NCBI RefSeq assembly: GCF_001017655.1
Contig: NZ_CP010904.1
Span: 2,670,001 to 2,702,000, forward strand
DNA from: Kiritimatiella glycovorans
Lineage (GTDB): Bacteria > Verrucomicrobiota > Kiritimatiellia > Kiritimatiellales > Kiritimatiellaceae
Reading direction: 5' to 3'
Length of the DNA stretch: 32,000 bases
The notes under the pieces are model-generated. The model had not been told where the DNA came from. It saw only the letters and a program-made list of their open reading frames with translations, and did no database searches. The translations under genes and the position numbers were made by a program. Positions 23,204 through 32,000 of the stretch are shown here, piece by piece; the first letter of the stretch is position 1; each line of letters starts with the position of its first letter.

Positions 23204-24097
23204 TCATTTGAGGGTCGCGCTCAGGGTATCGATCCAGCCCTTTTCCCGGGAAGACAGCTGATCATATTTTGACGCGGTGGGTCGAATCTCGCTAAGCCTG
23301 CCCGTAAATACGGGACCCGGCCGCATCCCCAGTTCGCTGAAAAGCCGTCCGGATTCACCGGGAGGATCGGCCAGCAGATCTTCATAGATGACCTTGACCG
23401 CCTCCGGGTGCAGAGCCGCGAATTCGTTGCAGCGATCCATCATGGTCCGATACCTCTTCGCGAACCGTATCACCGGGCTGCGCTTTCTGCTGCACAGAAG
23501 GTAGTACGAACTCAATACGGCGCGGGTGTCGCGGCGTCGGATCAGAACGACGCGCGTCTCATTAATATGGTGCTTGATGAACGGAAGCGACCAGACATGA
23601 GCGGGTGTTTTCTCCACCACGCGCTCGTCGCCCGTACATTCGAGCGCGGAAGCGAACACCGCGCGCGCAAACGCTCCGGGGGATTCGGCCAGCGCTTCGC
23701 GCCAGGCCGCAACCCAGGTGCTGATGCGTTTCGCGTCGCCTTCCCGCAACCTCACGCCTGCGGCGTCAGGCAGGGGATTTTTCGGCATGAGATCGTACTC
23801 ATCCGGAACCCGGCAGAAGCGCATCACGTTTCGCGCCAGCTCCTCCAGCCGATCCCGACGGCGCACGCGGTCGCGCAGGTGCCTCGCCCGCCCCGTCGCC
23901 CACGAAGCCGGGCCGGTCAGCAAACCGGCAGCGGCCGCTTCGCGGAAGCTGCGCGCCCACGGCGCCGAAGCAAAGTAGATATGGGAGAAGATCCCGGTCT
24001 CGCCGAGATAGCGCGTATCCTGCGCGAGACCGAGAATCTGGCCGAGGAGCGAGGTCCCCGAGCGCGGGGGACCGATCACAAAAACAGGTGCCTTCAT
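23204..24097 (-). CDS. Sulfotransferase (PAPS-dependent, P-loop type)
   Basis: The 5'-PSB loop is VFVIGPPRSGTSLLGQILG. The 3'-PB-like region is VVLIRRRDTRAVLSSYY. The start is re-set from 24253 to ATG 24097, because the N-terminal extension overlaps the upstream gene end at 24111. Confidence 0.8.
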   Translation of the reverse strand: MKAPVFVIGPPRSGTSLLGQILGLAQDTRYLGETGIFSHIYFASAPWARSFREAAAAGLLTGPASWATGRARHLRDRVRRRDRLEELARNVMRFCRVPDEYDLMPKNPLPDAAGVRLREGDAKRISTWVAAWREALAESPGAFARAVFASALECTGDERVVEKTPAHVWSLPFIKHHINETRVVLIRRRDTRAVLSSYYLLCSRKRSPVIRFAKRYRTMMDRCNEFAALHPEAVKVIYEDLLADPPGESGRLFSELGMRPGPVFTGRLSEIRPTASKYDQLSSREKGWIDTLSATLK

Positions 24098-24110
24098 GGA
24101 AAGGGGGAAA

Positions 24111-25148
24111 TCAATCCGGACGCTTTCCTGCGGCCAATCCGGCAAGCACATCCACCACCTCACCCGCCACGTCGGGTCCTTCATAGCTGAAATGCGCAGG
24201 AATTTCGCGTTTACGGATTTCGACCCGATCCACTTTCCCGGGCTCGTCCACAAACGTCAGCCGCCCCCGCTCGGCCAGGTGCTCATCCAGGTAAGGCTTG
24301 CGACCGGTGAAGATCGAATAAACAGGAACCCCGAGCAGTCCCGCTTCACGATTCATGGTTCCGCCGCCGCTGATGAATACGTCCGAATTCCAGATCAGCT
24401 GCAACCCGTCTACCGGCTTTTCAAGAAAATGGACGCCGTCGCCGAAACGGTCATGAATAAACCTGCGATCGCGTTCGATCCGGCTGACGATAAGCGGCCA
24501 GACATCTTCGTGATCCAGGGCATGCTCGATCACGCGCAACAGGATCTTTTCGCTGCGCGGGTCGTGGTAATTCGCATACATGGCGGAGGGGCGGATCGTG
24601 ACCAGTATTTTATTTTCGGGGACGCCGTTTTTCTCCCGGAAGGCGGGATCCGGCGTGAACTGCGGGAGATAGAGCTGTTCCTTGTATCCTCCGTACCGCA
24701 CCACTTTCTCCATCCGGAATCCGTTGGGAGCCAGCCGCTCCTCCGGGATGTATTCAGGGATCAGCATATATCTGGAGAACAGGTTGTAGATGCCGACTTC
24801 GGTATATTCGTAATCCATCATGGTCACGGCGGGGAGGCCCATCATGCGACAGGCCGTAACCATCGTCCGCGACCCGTGGCTGACGGAGAGATCAATCCCC
24901 TTCCCTTTCGCGTGCACCATGAGCTGAGCGGAGCGCTCGAAGAGATTGACGATCTTGCCGATCTTATGACGTCCTCCATGCCGCCCGATCGTCACGTGGG
25001 GGATGTCCCACATCTCGAGCAACGCCACGGTCTGGGCGAAGTCCCGCGCGGTAACCAGCGTCTCGATCCCGCGCCGCTCCAGTTCCCGGATGATCGGCCT
25101 GAACAGCGGAACGTGCGGCGTGTGATCGAGATCGATCCAGATCTTCAT
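24111..25148 (-). CDS. DUF354-family protein (GT-B/epimerase-like fold, function unknown)
   Basis: MKIWIDLDHTPHVPLFRPIIRELERRGIETLVTARD matches the DUF354 N-terminus. ATG 25148 forms an ATGA overlap with the upstream stop at 25145. Confidence 0.7.
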   Translation of the reverse strand: MKIWIDLDHTPHVPLFRPIIRELERRGIETLVTARDFAQTVALLEMWDIPHVTIGRHGGRHKIGKIVNLFERSAQLMVHAKGKGIDLSVSHGSRTMVTACRMMGLPAVTMMDYEYTEVGIYNLFSRYMLIPEYIPEERLAPNGFRMEKVVRYGGYKEQLYLPQFTPDPAFREKNGVPENKILVTIRPSAMYANYHDPRSEKILLRVIEHALDHEDVWPLIVSRIERDRRFIHDRFGDGVHFLEKPVDGLQLIWNSDVFISGGGTMNREAGLLGVPVYSIFTGRKPYLDEHLAERGRLTFVDEPGKVDRVEIRKREIPAHFSYEGPDVAGEVVDVLAGLAAGKRPD

Positions 25149-25876
25149 GCTTCGGGATCCTTTCGTACATGAAACATCCGGTAGTGACCCCACGAACGGT
25201 CGCGCAGTCTTTCAAGATTGAGCCGCGTCAGCTTCCAGCACAGCAGGTTTACACCGCGCAACAGTTTAGCCCCGGCGCCGCCTCGCGGGAGCGTGTCCAT
25301 GTAAAAAGCCTGCACGTCATACCCTTTTTCCTCAAGGTGTGCACCGATCACGTATTCCGCTTCAGGGTCCTGATAGCCGTACTGTTCGACCATATGAGGC
25401 TCACTGACCTCCGTGGCGCGCGATTCGCTGTAGGAGGGAACTACGATGTACACGTCTCCGCCCGGCACGCAAAGCTCGAGATGCCGATCCACAAGCCGAA
25501 GCATAATCTCGCGCTTGAAGTGTTCCGCAAGTCCGACACTGACAACCGCATCCCAGCGCTGTTCCGGGTCGAAGTCGAAGATGTCGGCTCTGATCTCCCG
25601 GCTTGCGGGGGCCATCCGGCGCGCCATGCTAAGCGCCTCTGCTGAACGGTCCAGGATGGTGCTCTCGTCGAAGTCCCTGCTCAACGCCCCGGAAAGACGA
25701 CCCGAACCCGCACCGATCTCCAGGCAGGACCCGCGCTTCCGGGCCGTGGAGCGAATGTAGTGCGCGATCACACCGTTTAGGACTACATTTCCCTTGAGCC
25801 CCAGTCGTATGCCGAGTCTCCGCGCGGCGTTCCCGTAATGATGGTCCCAGTTGGTCTCTTCGCGTTTTTCCGTCAT
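25145..25876 (-). CDS. Class I SAM-dependent methyltransferase
   Basis: Motif I is CLEIGAGSGRLSGAL. An acidic residue ends beta-2 (STILDRS). The start is re-set from 26053 to ATG 25876, giving an ATGA overlap with the upstream stop at 25873. Confidence 0.75.
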   Translation of the reverse strand: MTEKREETNWDHHYGNAARRLGIRLGLKGNVVLNGVIAHYIRSTARKRGSCLEIGAGSGRLSGALSRDFDESTILDRSAEALSMARRMAPASREIRADIFDFDPEQRWDAVVSVGLAEHFKREIMLRLVDRHLELCVPGGDVYIVVPSYSESRATEVSEPHMVEQYGYQDPEAEYVIGAHLEEKGYDVQAFYMDTLPRGGAGAKLLRGVNLLCWKLTRLNLERLRDRSWGHYRMFHVRKDPEA

Positions 25877-26919
25877 CGCACGCCCCCCGAATCCCGTCCC
25901 GGACCTCTCGCCCGACCTCTCCCCTTTTTCCACAACCGGCCGAGAAAAAATCGCATGACTGCCGGGTGAAAGCAATATCCGCTGCGCAGCAGTTCGAGCT
26001 TCATCCGCACCCTCATCCGATTCGGCTCCAGCGGATCGTCCGCAGCCGCACACTGACGCCCGAGAGCATCGATCGAAAATGGCTCCAGGGCATCGACCCG
26101 GTGCCGTCGCTGTCGTGTCTCGAAGACAGCCGTCTCCGCCCCGGGTCCGCCGCGAATCATGAGTCCGCGGGTCGTGGTTCGCGAGAAATTCTGATCGAAG
26201 AGAAAATTGCCGTGACTGAACACCGTGACGCGCCCGTTTTCAGCCGATACCGGCTGTACTACGTGGGGATGATGTCCCGCTATAAAATCTACACCGCTCC
26301 GGTGCAGCTGCCGTGAAAGATCTTTCTGTTCGCGGTCCGGCAGGTGACGATATTCCTTCCCCCAGTGGACACTCACGATCCGGTATTCATTCGGAGCCGC
26401 GACCGGGGCCTTTTTGACCTGCACCAGAAGATCTCCGGCTGCAGTCCGGTTCCCCGGCCCGCTCGAAACCCGATCGTGGACCAGTGAGGCTCCCCAGATG
26501 CGCACCGGCACGCCGCAAATTTCCGACACGACGGATTCGCCATCCACGCCCGCGACGAGGATGCCGCGTTCCCGAAGACGTTCGATCGTCCATTGCGCGG
26601 CGGCCGGACCGTGCTGCGCGAAGTGATTGTTCGCGACATTGGCCACGATCGGGACCTCGATCGGGCCGAAAAACTGAAGCGCCGAGAGCGGTGCGCGGTA
26701 ACACGAGTCCTCCGGCGAGGCGGCCCGCCACTGCTCGTCGGGCATCAGGCTGCATTCGAAATTGAGCAGCAGAAGATCGGAGGTGTTGATGATGTCAAGA
26801 ACCCCGGGCGCAATCAGTTTGTCGAAGCGACCATTATAGCGCGACGGGATACCGCGCCGGTAGTGGTGCGTGTTTTCACCCAGCATTACATCGCCCACGC
26901 TGCAGAGACTAAACGGCAT
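25873..26919 (-). CDS. CapA/PGA_cap-family metallophosphoesterase-like protein
   Basis: The N-terminus has VGDVMLGE. VSVHWGKEYRHLPDREQKDLSRQLHRSGVDFIAGHHPHVVQPV is typical of the CapA family. The track start 26928 is TTG; I use ATG 26919. Confidence 0.75.
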   Translation of the reverse strand: MPFSLCSVGDVMLGENTHHYRRGIPSRYNGRFDKLIAPGVLDIINTSDLLLLNFECSLMPDEQWRAASPEDSCYRAPLSALQFFGPIEVPIVANVANNHFAQHGPAAAQWTIERLRERGILVAGVDGESVVSEICGVPVRIWGASLVHDRVSSGPGNRTAAGDLLVQVKKAPVAAPNEYRIVSVHWGKEYRHLPDREQKDLSRQLHRSGVDFIAGHHPHVVQPVSAENGRVTVFSHGNFLFDQNFSRTTTRGLMIRGGPGAETAVFETRQRRHRVDALEPFSIDALGRQCAAADDPLEPNRMRVRMKLELLRSGYCFHPAVMRFFLGRLWKKGRGRARGPGRDSGGVR

Positions 26920-28198
26920 GGCTCTCAATCACCCTGAATTTATCGTCGCTACCGCCCGGTTCTTTAAAAGAAAGCATCTCGACTTCAAGGCCTGCGCACG
27001 CCTCCCGTATGCTATTCCGCAGTCGTTCGCTCGCCCGGGCTCCGGTGTCGGGGGTCATGCGTACATACACCGACAGTTTTCCGGATTTTTCCTGAACAAT
27101 ACGGTAGCGCGTCACTTCCGGGAAATCGGCGAGGACGGCATTCAGCAGCGAACCGTGCACGCGGCTTCCGTCCGGAAGGCGAATCAGATCCCGTGTGCGC
27201 CCCTTGAGGTTCACGATGCCGGGCCAGGGCAAGCCGCAGGGGCAGTCGTCCATGTCCCGCACTTCCGCCACATCGCCCACACGGTAACGGACGAGCGGAA
27301 AACTCCGGGTGTTGAGCGAGGTCAGCAGCAGTTCACTCTCCCCTTCCGCCGTGCGCTGCGACTCCACCCACGTGTTGAGCGGATCGTAATGATATCCGGC
27401 ATGTTCTCCGCACTCACACGAGACGAGGCCTCCGTCGTTCGCGCCGTACATGTCATAGACGGGCACCTTCAGCATCGATTCGATTTGGCGACGCATGGCG
27501 GGAAGAAGCTGTTCCGAGGTCGTAAACACGGCCCCTAACGAAGCCATCTGCTTCGACAGGCCGGGTTCCTGTTCGAGCAACGCACATAACGCGCCGGGAT
27601 AGGCGAAGATAAACCGGGCGCGCCGGAGCGCGCGGGAGGGCGGCAACGCACCCTCGCCAATCCGATGGGCCTGAACCAGGGTATTATGCTGCAGGAACCG
27701 ATACACGGACTGCCTGAAACTTCCCTCGCCCTGCAGCGAGCGCCCTGCCACCGTTATGTAGGGATCTCCGGGTTCATATCCCGCACAGCGATGCCAGCAG
27801 AAGAGCAGATACGCCCGGGCCCTGCAGGTGGTATCGGCATCGACGTAATACTCAAAAGGGCTGCCCGTGCTCCCGCCCGTGCGCCGGCGCGCCGGCGGCG
27901 GATAACCCGAAGGCGGCGCGTACAGCTCATCCCGGTGTTCACTCACGCGTGTCTTGTCCATGACCGGGAGAGAATACAGCGCCTCTTCCGGCTCCTCACG
28001 CAGCGTCGCCTCTTTAACGCCCCGGAGCAGCGATCCGTAAAAGGGGTTGTGCCTCTGCAGTGATACCAGCAGCTCGCCCAGGGCGCGTCTTTGCCGCAAC
28101 CGCCAGTCGCCCAATCCGTCCCCTGCGCAGAGCCGCCGGTAGCCCTCCAGCGAACGGGTCCGGCGGACAAGATCAATGATCCGGTATCGCCAGCTCAT
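26909..28198 (-). CDS. Adenylate-forming enzyme of the PaaK/CapK (phenylacetate-CoA ligase / F390 synthetase-like) family
   Basis: The P-loop-like TGGSTGSPFEYYVD corresponds to the SSGTTG motif. The size (429 aa) and the C-terminal GRTRDLIRLPDG..V are typical of this family. Confidence 0.75.
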   Translation of the reverse strand: MSWRYRIIDLVRRTRSLEGYRRLCAGDGLGDWRLRQRRALGELLVSLQRHNPFYGSLLRGVKEATLREEPEEALYSLPVMDKTRVSEHRDELYAPPSGYPPPARRRTGGSTGSPFEYYVDADTTCRARAYLLFCWHRCAGYEPGDPYITVAGRSLQGEGSFRQSVYRFLQHNTLVQAHRIGEGALPPSRALRRARFIFAYPGALCALLEQEPGLSKQMASLGAVFTTSEQLLPAMRRQIESMLKVPVYDMYGANDGGLVSCECGEHAGYHYDPLNTWVESQRTAEGESELLLTSLNTRSFPLVRYRVGDVAEVRDMDDCPCGLPWPGIVNLKGRTRDLIRLPDGSRVHGSLLNAVLADFPEVTRYRIVQEKSGKLSVYVRMTPDTGARASERLRNSIREACAGLEVEMLSFKEPGGSDDKFRVIESHAV

Positions 28199-29360
28199 CG
28201 ATCACTTCCTTCACGGTTTCGTATCGCGCGGCCCAGGTCTGGTCCTTCACCGCCGCCCGGCGAGCCGCTCTTCGCTTTTCATCGTCTTCGCCGATTGCGC
28301 GCCGCGCCTGCGTGACGAATTCCTGCGGCGATCGCGCGGTGTAGACCCAGTCCCCGTACCGCTTCTCGACGATCGGAATGGGACAGGCCACCACGGGAAG
28401 CCCGAGCGCCAGGTATTCGAGCGTCTTCAGGGGGAAGCAGTTGGTGATCCATTCCCCGGCGCGCCAGTTCAGCAACCCTACGTCGAATCCGCGGGCATAT
28501 GCAGGAAGCCTTTCATAGGCGACCGGACCCGGAAAATGAATATGCGGATGTGCTTCCAGCGCGGAGTAGTCCCCCAGAATTTTCCCGATCACAACGACCG
28601 AAAAACCGTCCTCGGCCAGCGCGAGGAAGGCGTCCTTATCGTTGGCGTCGGACAGCGATCCAAAGTAGCCGGCCACGGGCCGCCCGGAGCGGCGGATCTG
28701 CTCTACCGCCTCCGCGACCGGGCCTTCCGGCGAGAAACGATCGATGTTGACTCCGTGCGGCAGTAAATGGACCTTCCGTTGCTCCGCGAGTTCGAGCAGC
28801 CCCTGCCGGATGTGTTCTGAAGCTGCAAACCGGGCGTCCGCCGCCATGCACAACTGTTTCTCGGCATCGCGGAGCCGCGCGCGCAAGGATTCCGACTCCG
28901 TCCGGAATGCACTGAGCAGATCGTGGGCCTCGTAGACGCGGGCACGAAAGGGACGATCGAGCAGCGGGAGCGCAGTGACGCCCGGCGTGCACCACAACAC
29001 GGCGCGTTTCACCCTGATGCCGAACAGCAGCCGCAGCAGGCGGAACTGACCCCGAATCAGCATACGGTTGATCCGCGCGCCGCGTCGCGAGAACGCGGGG
29101 ATGTACAGGGGCACGCAGACCCAGAGCCGGGCACTCGGATGCCGGAGAAAGTTGAGGTGTGTGCGCAGCTTATTGCGAATCTTGCGCCACGCGGATACGG
29201 AGGAGGAGGACGACGACCCGCCGAAAGGAGAACGGAATGCGATCGGGTTGATCCACAGCACGCGCCAACCGTCATCGAGAAACTGCTGCATGAGCTGTTC
29301 CGTACTGGACACCGAGGGCCGGTACCAGTCGGGGCCGCAGCAGATGATCCATTTACGCAT
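28173..29360 (-). CDS. Glycosyltransferase, GT-B fold (GT4-like/TuaH-like)
   Basis: N-terminus MRKWIICCGPDWYRPSVSSTEQLMQQFLDDGWRVLWINP. C-terminal half PLKTLEYLALGLPVVACPIP. The family call is moderate. Confidence 0.65.
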   Translation of the reverse strand: MRKWIICCGPDWYRPSVSSTEQLMQQFLDDGWRVLWINPIAFRSPFGGSSSSSSVSAWRKIRNKLRTHLNFLRHPSARLWVCVPLYIPAFSRRGARINRMLIRGQFRLLRLLFGIRVKRAVLWCTPGVTALPLLDRPFRARVYEAHDLLSAFRTESESLRARLRDAEKQLCMAADARFAASEHIRQGLLELAEQRKVHLLPHGVNIDRFSPEGPVAEAVEQIRRSGRPVAGYFGSLSDANDKDAFLALAEDGFSVVVIGKILGDYSALEAHPHIHFPGPVAYERLPAYARGFDVGLLNWRAGEWITNCFPLKTLEYLALGLPVVACPIPIVEKRYGDWVYTARSPQEFVTQARRAIGEDDEKRRAARRAAVKDQTWAARYETVKEVIDELAIPDH

Positions 29361-30138
29361 GACTCAGTTCCTTCAGCGTATGGAACCGGCGTCCGGATTC
29401 ACGCAGGCGTTCGAGAAAGGCGACGAGTTCATCCATATCCGAACACACTGTGAAGCGGTGGTGGGTCAGAATACCGACCCGGTCCATGCCGGAGGGGAGA
29501 CGCCGCCATTCGTCGTACAGACGCGTCGCGCTCTTCTGTTCGCCATGGTCTTCATCGATCTGCCGCGCCGTATGATTGAGCACTACGGGGTATTCGCGGA
29601 ACCGGTACCCCGGCACATCGGCGCCGAAATAGACCACGTTGCGCCCCGCCAGGTGCTTTCTGCGCAACAGCCGCCCCAGGCGGTTATAGATCCGGCGCTT
29701 TCGGGTAAAGCGAATCCCGGTGCTGATCACGCGGTACCCCGCATCCTCCAGCGCATGCAGCGTATCGGCGTTGTAACCGCCAAACGGAAAACTGAATGCC
29801 CGGAACCATCCGTCGCCGAAATGGCGATTCATGAGATCACACCCCCGGCGGATATCCTCAGCCTGTTCGCGCCGGGGACGCCCGACGCCGAATTCCCCCG
29901 GCGGCCTGCTGCAGTGCTGCTTGTGGGCCAGCCCGTGCTGGATCAGCTCGAGCTGACGGGGATACGCCTCCATCCTGTCTCGAAGCCAGCGGACGACTTC
30001 TTCGGAAACATTGGCCGGTTCGACGGCGTGGGTAATCGGAAACCCCTTTTCCAACAGCGCATCCGTCAAATAAACCAGCGTATCGTCCAGCGATCCGCGC
30101 ACATCGTCATTGCGAATGAATAGATTCTTTGCGCTCAT
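29353..30138 (-). CDS. Polysaccharide deacetylase-like (NodB/CE4-like) protein
   Basis: IRNDDV (motif 1 Asp-Asp) and QHGLAHK (His-x3-His-like motif 2). There is an 8-nt overlap downstream and an ATGA overlap upstream. Confidence 0.6.
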   Translation of the reverse strand: MSAKNLFIRNDDVRGSLDDTLVYLTDALLEKGFPITHAVEPANVSEEVVRWLRDRMEAYPRQLELIQHGLAHKQHCSRPPGEFGVGRPRREQAEDIRRGCDLMNRHFGDGWFRAFSFPFGGYNADTLHALEDAGYRVISTGIRFTRKRRIYNRLGRLLRRKHLAGRNVVYFGADVPGYRFREYPVVLNHTARQIDEDHGEQKSATRLYDEWRRLPSGMDRVGILTHHRFTVCSDMDELVAFLERLRESGRRFHTLKELSHA

Positions 30139-30803
30139 GCGGTACTCTCGGCAGTGCTCATCGGATAACCGAAATCAAAGTCGCGTTGATAGATCCCGTT
30201 TACGATCGCCCTGGATTCGGAGTCGTAATATTCGTCCGCGTGCCCGTGGTCGGATTTTTGCGTGCGTATACTCAGGTCCAGCCCCAGATCCCTTGCGGCA
30301 TCTTTCAGTTCCGTTTCAATTCGATACCACTTTTTGAGCCGTATGCGCGGCCCCGCAATCCGCTTTTTCAAGCGGGGATGAAGCATGAAGTGCTGGGGAT
30401 AGAAATGCGGCTCTTCCCGGTAGATCGCGGGAAGCATGCGCACAAACTCAATAAAAGTCGTCTGAAGCAATCGCTCACGGATTTGCTCGAAATCATCCTG
30501 CTCGCTCAAACCCAGAAAAGGGAAGGCAAGAACCTGGCACGTCTGCCACCCCGTATCCGGCGTTCTCTGCGGCGGACTGCGGCGAAACTTGTCGGCGAAA
30601 CAGGAAACCACTCGATCATACGGATTGCGCACAAACATGTAATGTTCGCGCCGGTGACCGCGCAGCGCGTCAAAAAGCAGGGCGCGGGCGAACTGCACGT
30701 TGCTCAACTCCTGAAGTCCCGCCTGCTTTGTGAGCGTGGTGTAAAGCACCTTGCAGCTTGTGGAGAGATAATAGTTTCTCTCAGGATGAATAAAGCGCGG
30801 CAT
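30135..30803 (-). CDS. Sulfotransferase family 2-like protein
   Basis: MFVRNPYDRVVSCFADKF is the characteristic RNPxxRxxS motif. The start is re-set from 30929 to ATG 30803, which shares 1 nt with the upstream TGA (TGATG). Confidence 0.7.
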   Translation of the reverse strand: MPRFIHPERNYYLSTSCKVLYTTLTKQAGLQELSNVQFARALLFDALRGHRREHYMFVRNPYDRVVSCFADKFRRSPPQRTPDTGWQTCQVLAFPFLGLSEQDDFEQIRERLLQTTFIEFVRMLPAIYREEPHFYPQHFMLHPRLKKRIAGPRIRLKKWYRIETELKDAARDLGLDLSIRTQKSDHGHADEYYDSESRAIVNGIYQRDFDFGYPMSTAESTA

Positions 30804-31957
30804 CAGTCCTCCTGCACTTCCTGCGACGAGGCGGATTCGAATATCTTCCGATAGCGTTTTTCCTGCGCGGACCAGCTGTAGCGTGCTTGGAACCCGGGGG
30901 TGATGTTCTCCGCAGGCGCGTCCTTCCATATCCGTTTGAGGGCCCCGCGCATGGCGTCTCCGGTGATCGAGTCCAGACAGATCCCTACGTGCTGGTCTTC
31001 GACCACCTGGTGCAAGCCCGGAAAATTATTGGTGATCGCCGGAAGGCCGCACAGAAAGTAATCATAGATCTTGTTCGGTGCGCAGTAATACTGGTTCAGA
31101 TTGTCGTTTCGGTAAAAGGCCAGCCCGGCGTCGTATCCGGAAAGGCATTCATACATCTCGGCGTGGGAAACCGGCGGCAGAATGCGCACATGATCGATAC
31201 CGTGTGCCGCAATTCTCTCGTGAAGCATGCGCTGATAATCCTCCGGCCCGAACCCTATGAAGTCGCAGCGGGCCTCGGCGGGATCCACCTCGGCAAAGGC
31301 GTCGATCACTTCCTCGCAGCAGCGTTCGGGCTGCAGCGCTCCGATATAGACGATATCGAGCGGAGCGGTGGTTTCACGACTCCTTTCAGGAACGGGCCGC
31401 GAGGGACGCGGCAGGTTTTCGATCAACACGTGCTGCGCACGGCTCCGGTAATGCGTACGGCAGAATTCGAGCCGGTTGCGCTCCGCATGCAGGATCACAT
31501 CCGCCGCGCGAAAAACCACGGCATGAACCGGACGCCACATCAGCTTTTTCAGCGGCCGCATGCCCATGTGCATGAACAATTCGTTGCAGTCAAAGATGTA
31601 TCGAGTCGCGCGAAGCCGTCGTCTTGCCAGCGCTCCGCTCAGTGCCCCGTAAAGTTCTTCGCATACAATAGCGTCGGGCTCGAGCTGTACGAGTTCCTCC
31701 GCTGCGCGAAGGTTCCAGCGCAGGTGGTTCAGGTAGTTGCGAACCTTGTTCGGGTGACGGCGCAGGGGTCGGTCGAGGATCTTGAAGTCGTACGTTGAAT
31801 CATCCGCTTCCTCGTCATCGGTGCGCCCATGCAGGACCGTCACGTCGTGGCCGGCCTGGCGCAGCGTGCCGATCTGCTTGAGCATCCTGCCCTTGTAGCG
31901 CAGCATGCCGACAAAAACGAAGACCACGTTTATCCGTCTGCCCATGAAATACTCCAT
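30803..31957 (-). CDS. Glycosyltransferase family 4 (group 1)
   Basis: RINVVFVFVGMLRYKGRMLKQIGTLRQAGHDVTVLHG is the N-terminal Rossmann half. The C-terminal half shows YCAPNKIYDYFLCGLPAITNNFPGL. An alternative start is ATG 31945. Confidence 0.75.
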   Translation of the reverse strand: MEYFMGRRINVVFVFVGMLRYKGRMLKQIGTLRQAGHDVTVLHGRTDDEEADDSTYDFKILDRPLRRHPNKVRNYLNHLRWNLRAAEELVQLEPDAIVCEELYGALSGALARRRLRATRYIFDCNELFMHMGMRPLKKLMWRPVHAVVFRAADVILHAERNRLEFCRTHYRSRAQHVLIENLPRPSRPVPERSRETTAPLDIVYIGALQPERCCEEVIDAFAEVDPAEARCDFIGFGPEDYQRMLHERIAAHGIDHVRILPPVSHAEMYECLSGYDAGLAFYRNDNLNQYYCAPNKIYDYFLCGLPAITNNFPGLHQVVEDQHVGICLDSITGDAMRGALKRIWKDAPAENITPGFQARYSWSAQEKRYRKIFESASSQEVQED

Positions 31958-32000
31958 TCGAATGATTCATCTTCCGCCGCGTCTTCGATGACGCGCGTGA

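Noticed and set aside
31958-32000. A possible 3' end of another minus-strand gene entering from the right edge.
   Set aside because: Only about 40 nt are visible, and two frames stay open (one ending ..HARHRRRGGR*, the other reading ..TRVIEDAAEDES and continuing past 31958). This is not enough to call a gene.
1-32000. A search for transposase, integrase, recombinase or reverse-transcriptase genes that could explain the repeats and the accessory islet.
   Set aside because: None of the ORFs in any frame shows DDE, tyrosine- or serine-recombinase, or RT motifs that I can recognise. If the repeats are mobile, they are non-autonomous here.

Overview
High-GC (about 65% by eye) bacterial chromosomal segment. 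I cannot assign a taxon from the sequence. Most of the window is cell-surface polysaccharide biosynthesis.

Gene content:
- 1-8310, minus strand: a GT4 glycosyltransferase, type I mannose-6-phosphate isomerase, an orphan betaine-type binding protein, a Wzy/O-antigen-ligase-like protein with C-terminal TPRs, an AAA+/DUF4143 ATPase and a YihX-like HAD phosphatase.
- 8476-12100, plus strand: a polytopic membrane protein, a GT2 and a GT4.
- 12.1-14.7 kb: a small accessory islet with visibly lower GC. It holds MNT/HEPN and RHH/RelE-ParE toxin-antitoxin pairs, a remnant of a Wzy-TPR paralog and a truncated DUF4143 ATPase.
- 14733-19750, plus strand: a DegT aminotransferase, two polyprenyl-phosphate sugar phosphotransferases and a GT26.
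- 19794-31957, minus strand: FdtC-like acetyltransferase, FdtA-like ketoisomerase, RmlB and a GDP-mannose 3,5-epimerase homolog. These are followed by a nine-gene operon with overlapping start and stop codons. It encodes two sulfotransferases, DUF354, a methyltransferase, CapA-like and CapK/PaaK-like enzymes, a CE4-like deacetylase and two glycosyltransferases.

The most unusual signal is non-coding. Six intergenic gaps between 3.0 and 14.7 kb are built from the same shuffled repeat modules, which I name S, T, H, K and R. One of them (S) is a roughly 100-nt long-hairpin element present in three copies. Two of those copies form 180-bp inverted repeats around the Wzy-TPR gene.

I saw no CRISPR array, rRNA, tRNA, transposase or integrase. 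The ORF track uses GTG/TTG as M, and several of its starts are over-extended. I re-set those starts using ATGA/TGATG-type overlaps with the upstream gene. All product calls come from motif recognition by eye, not database searches.
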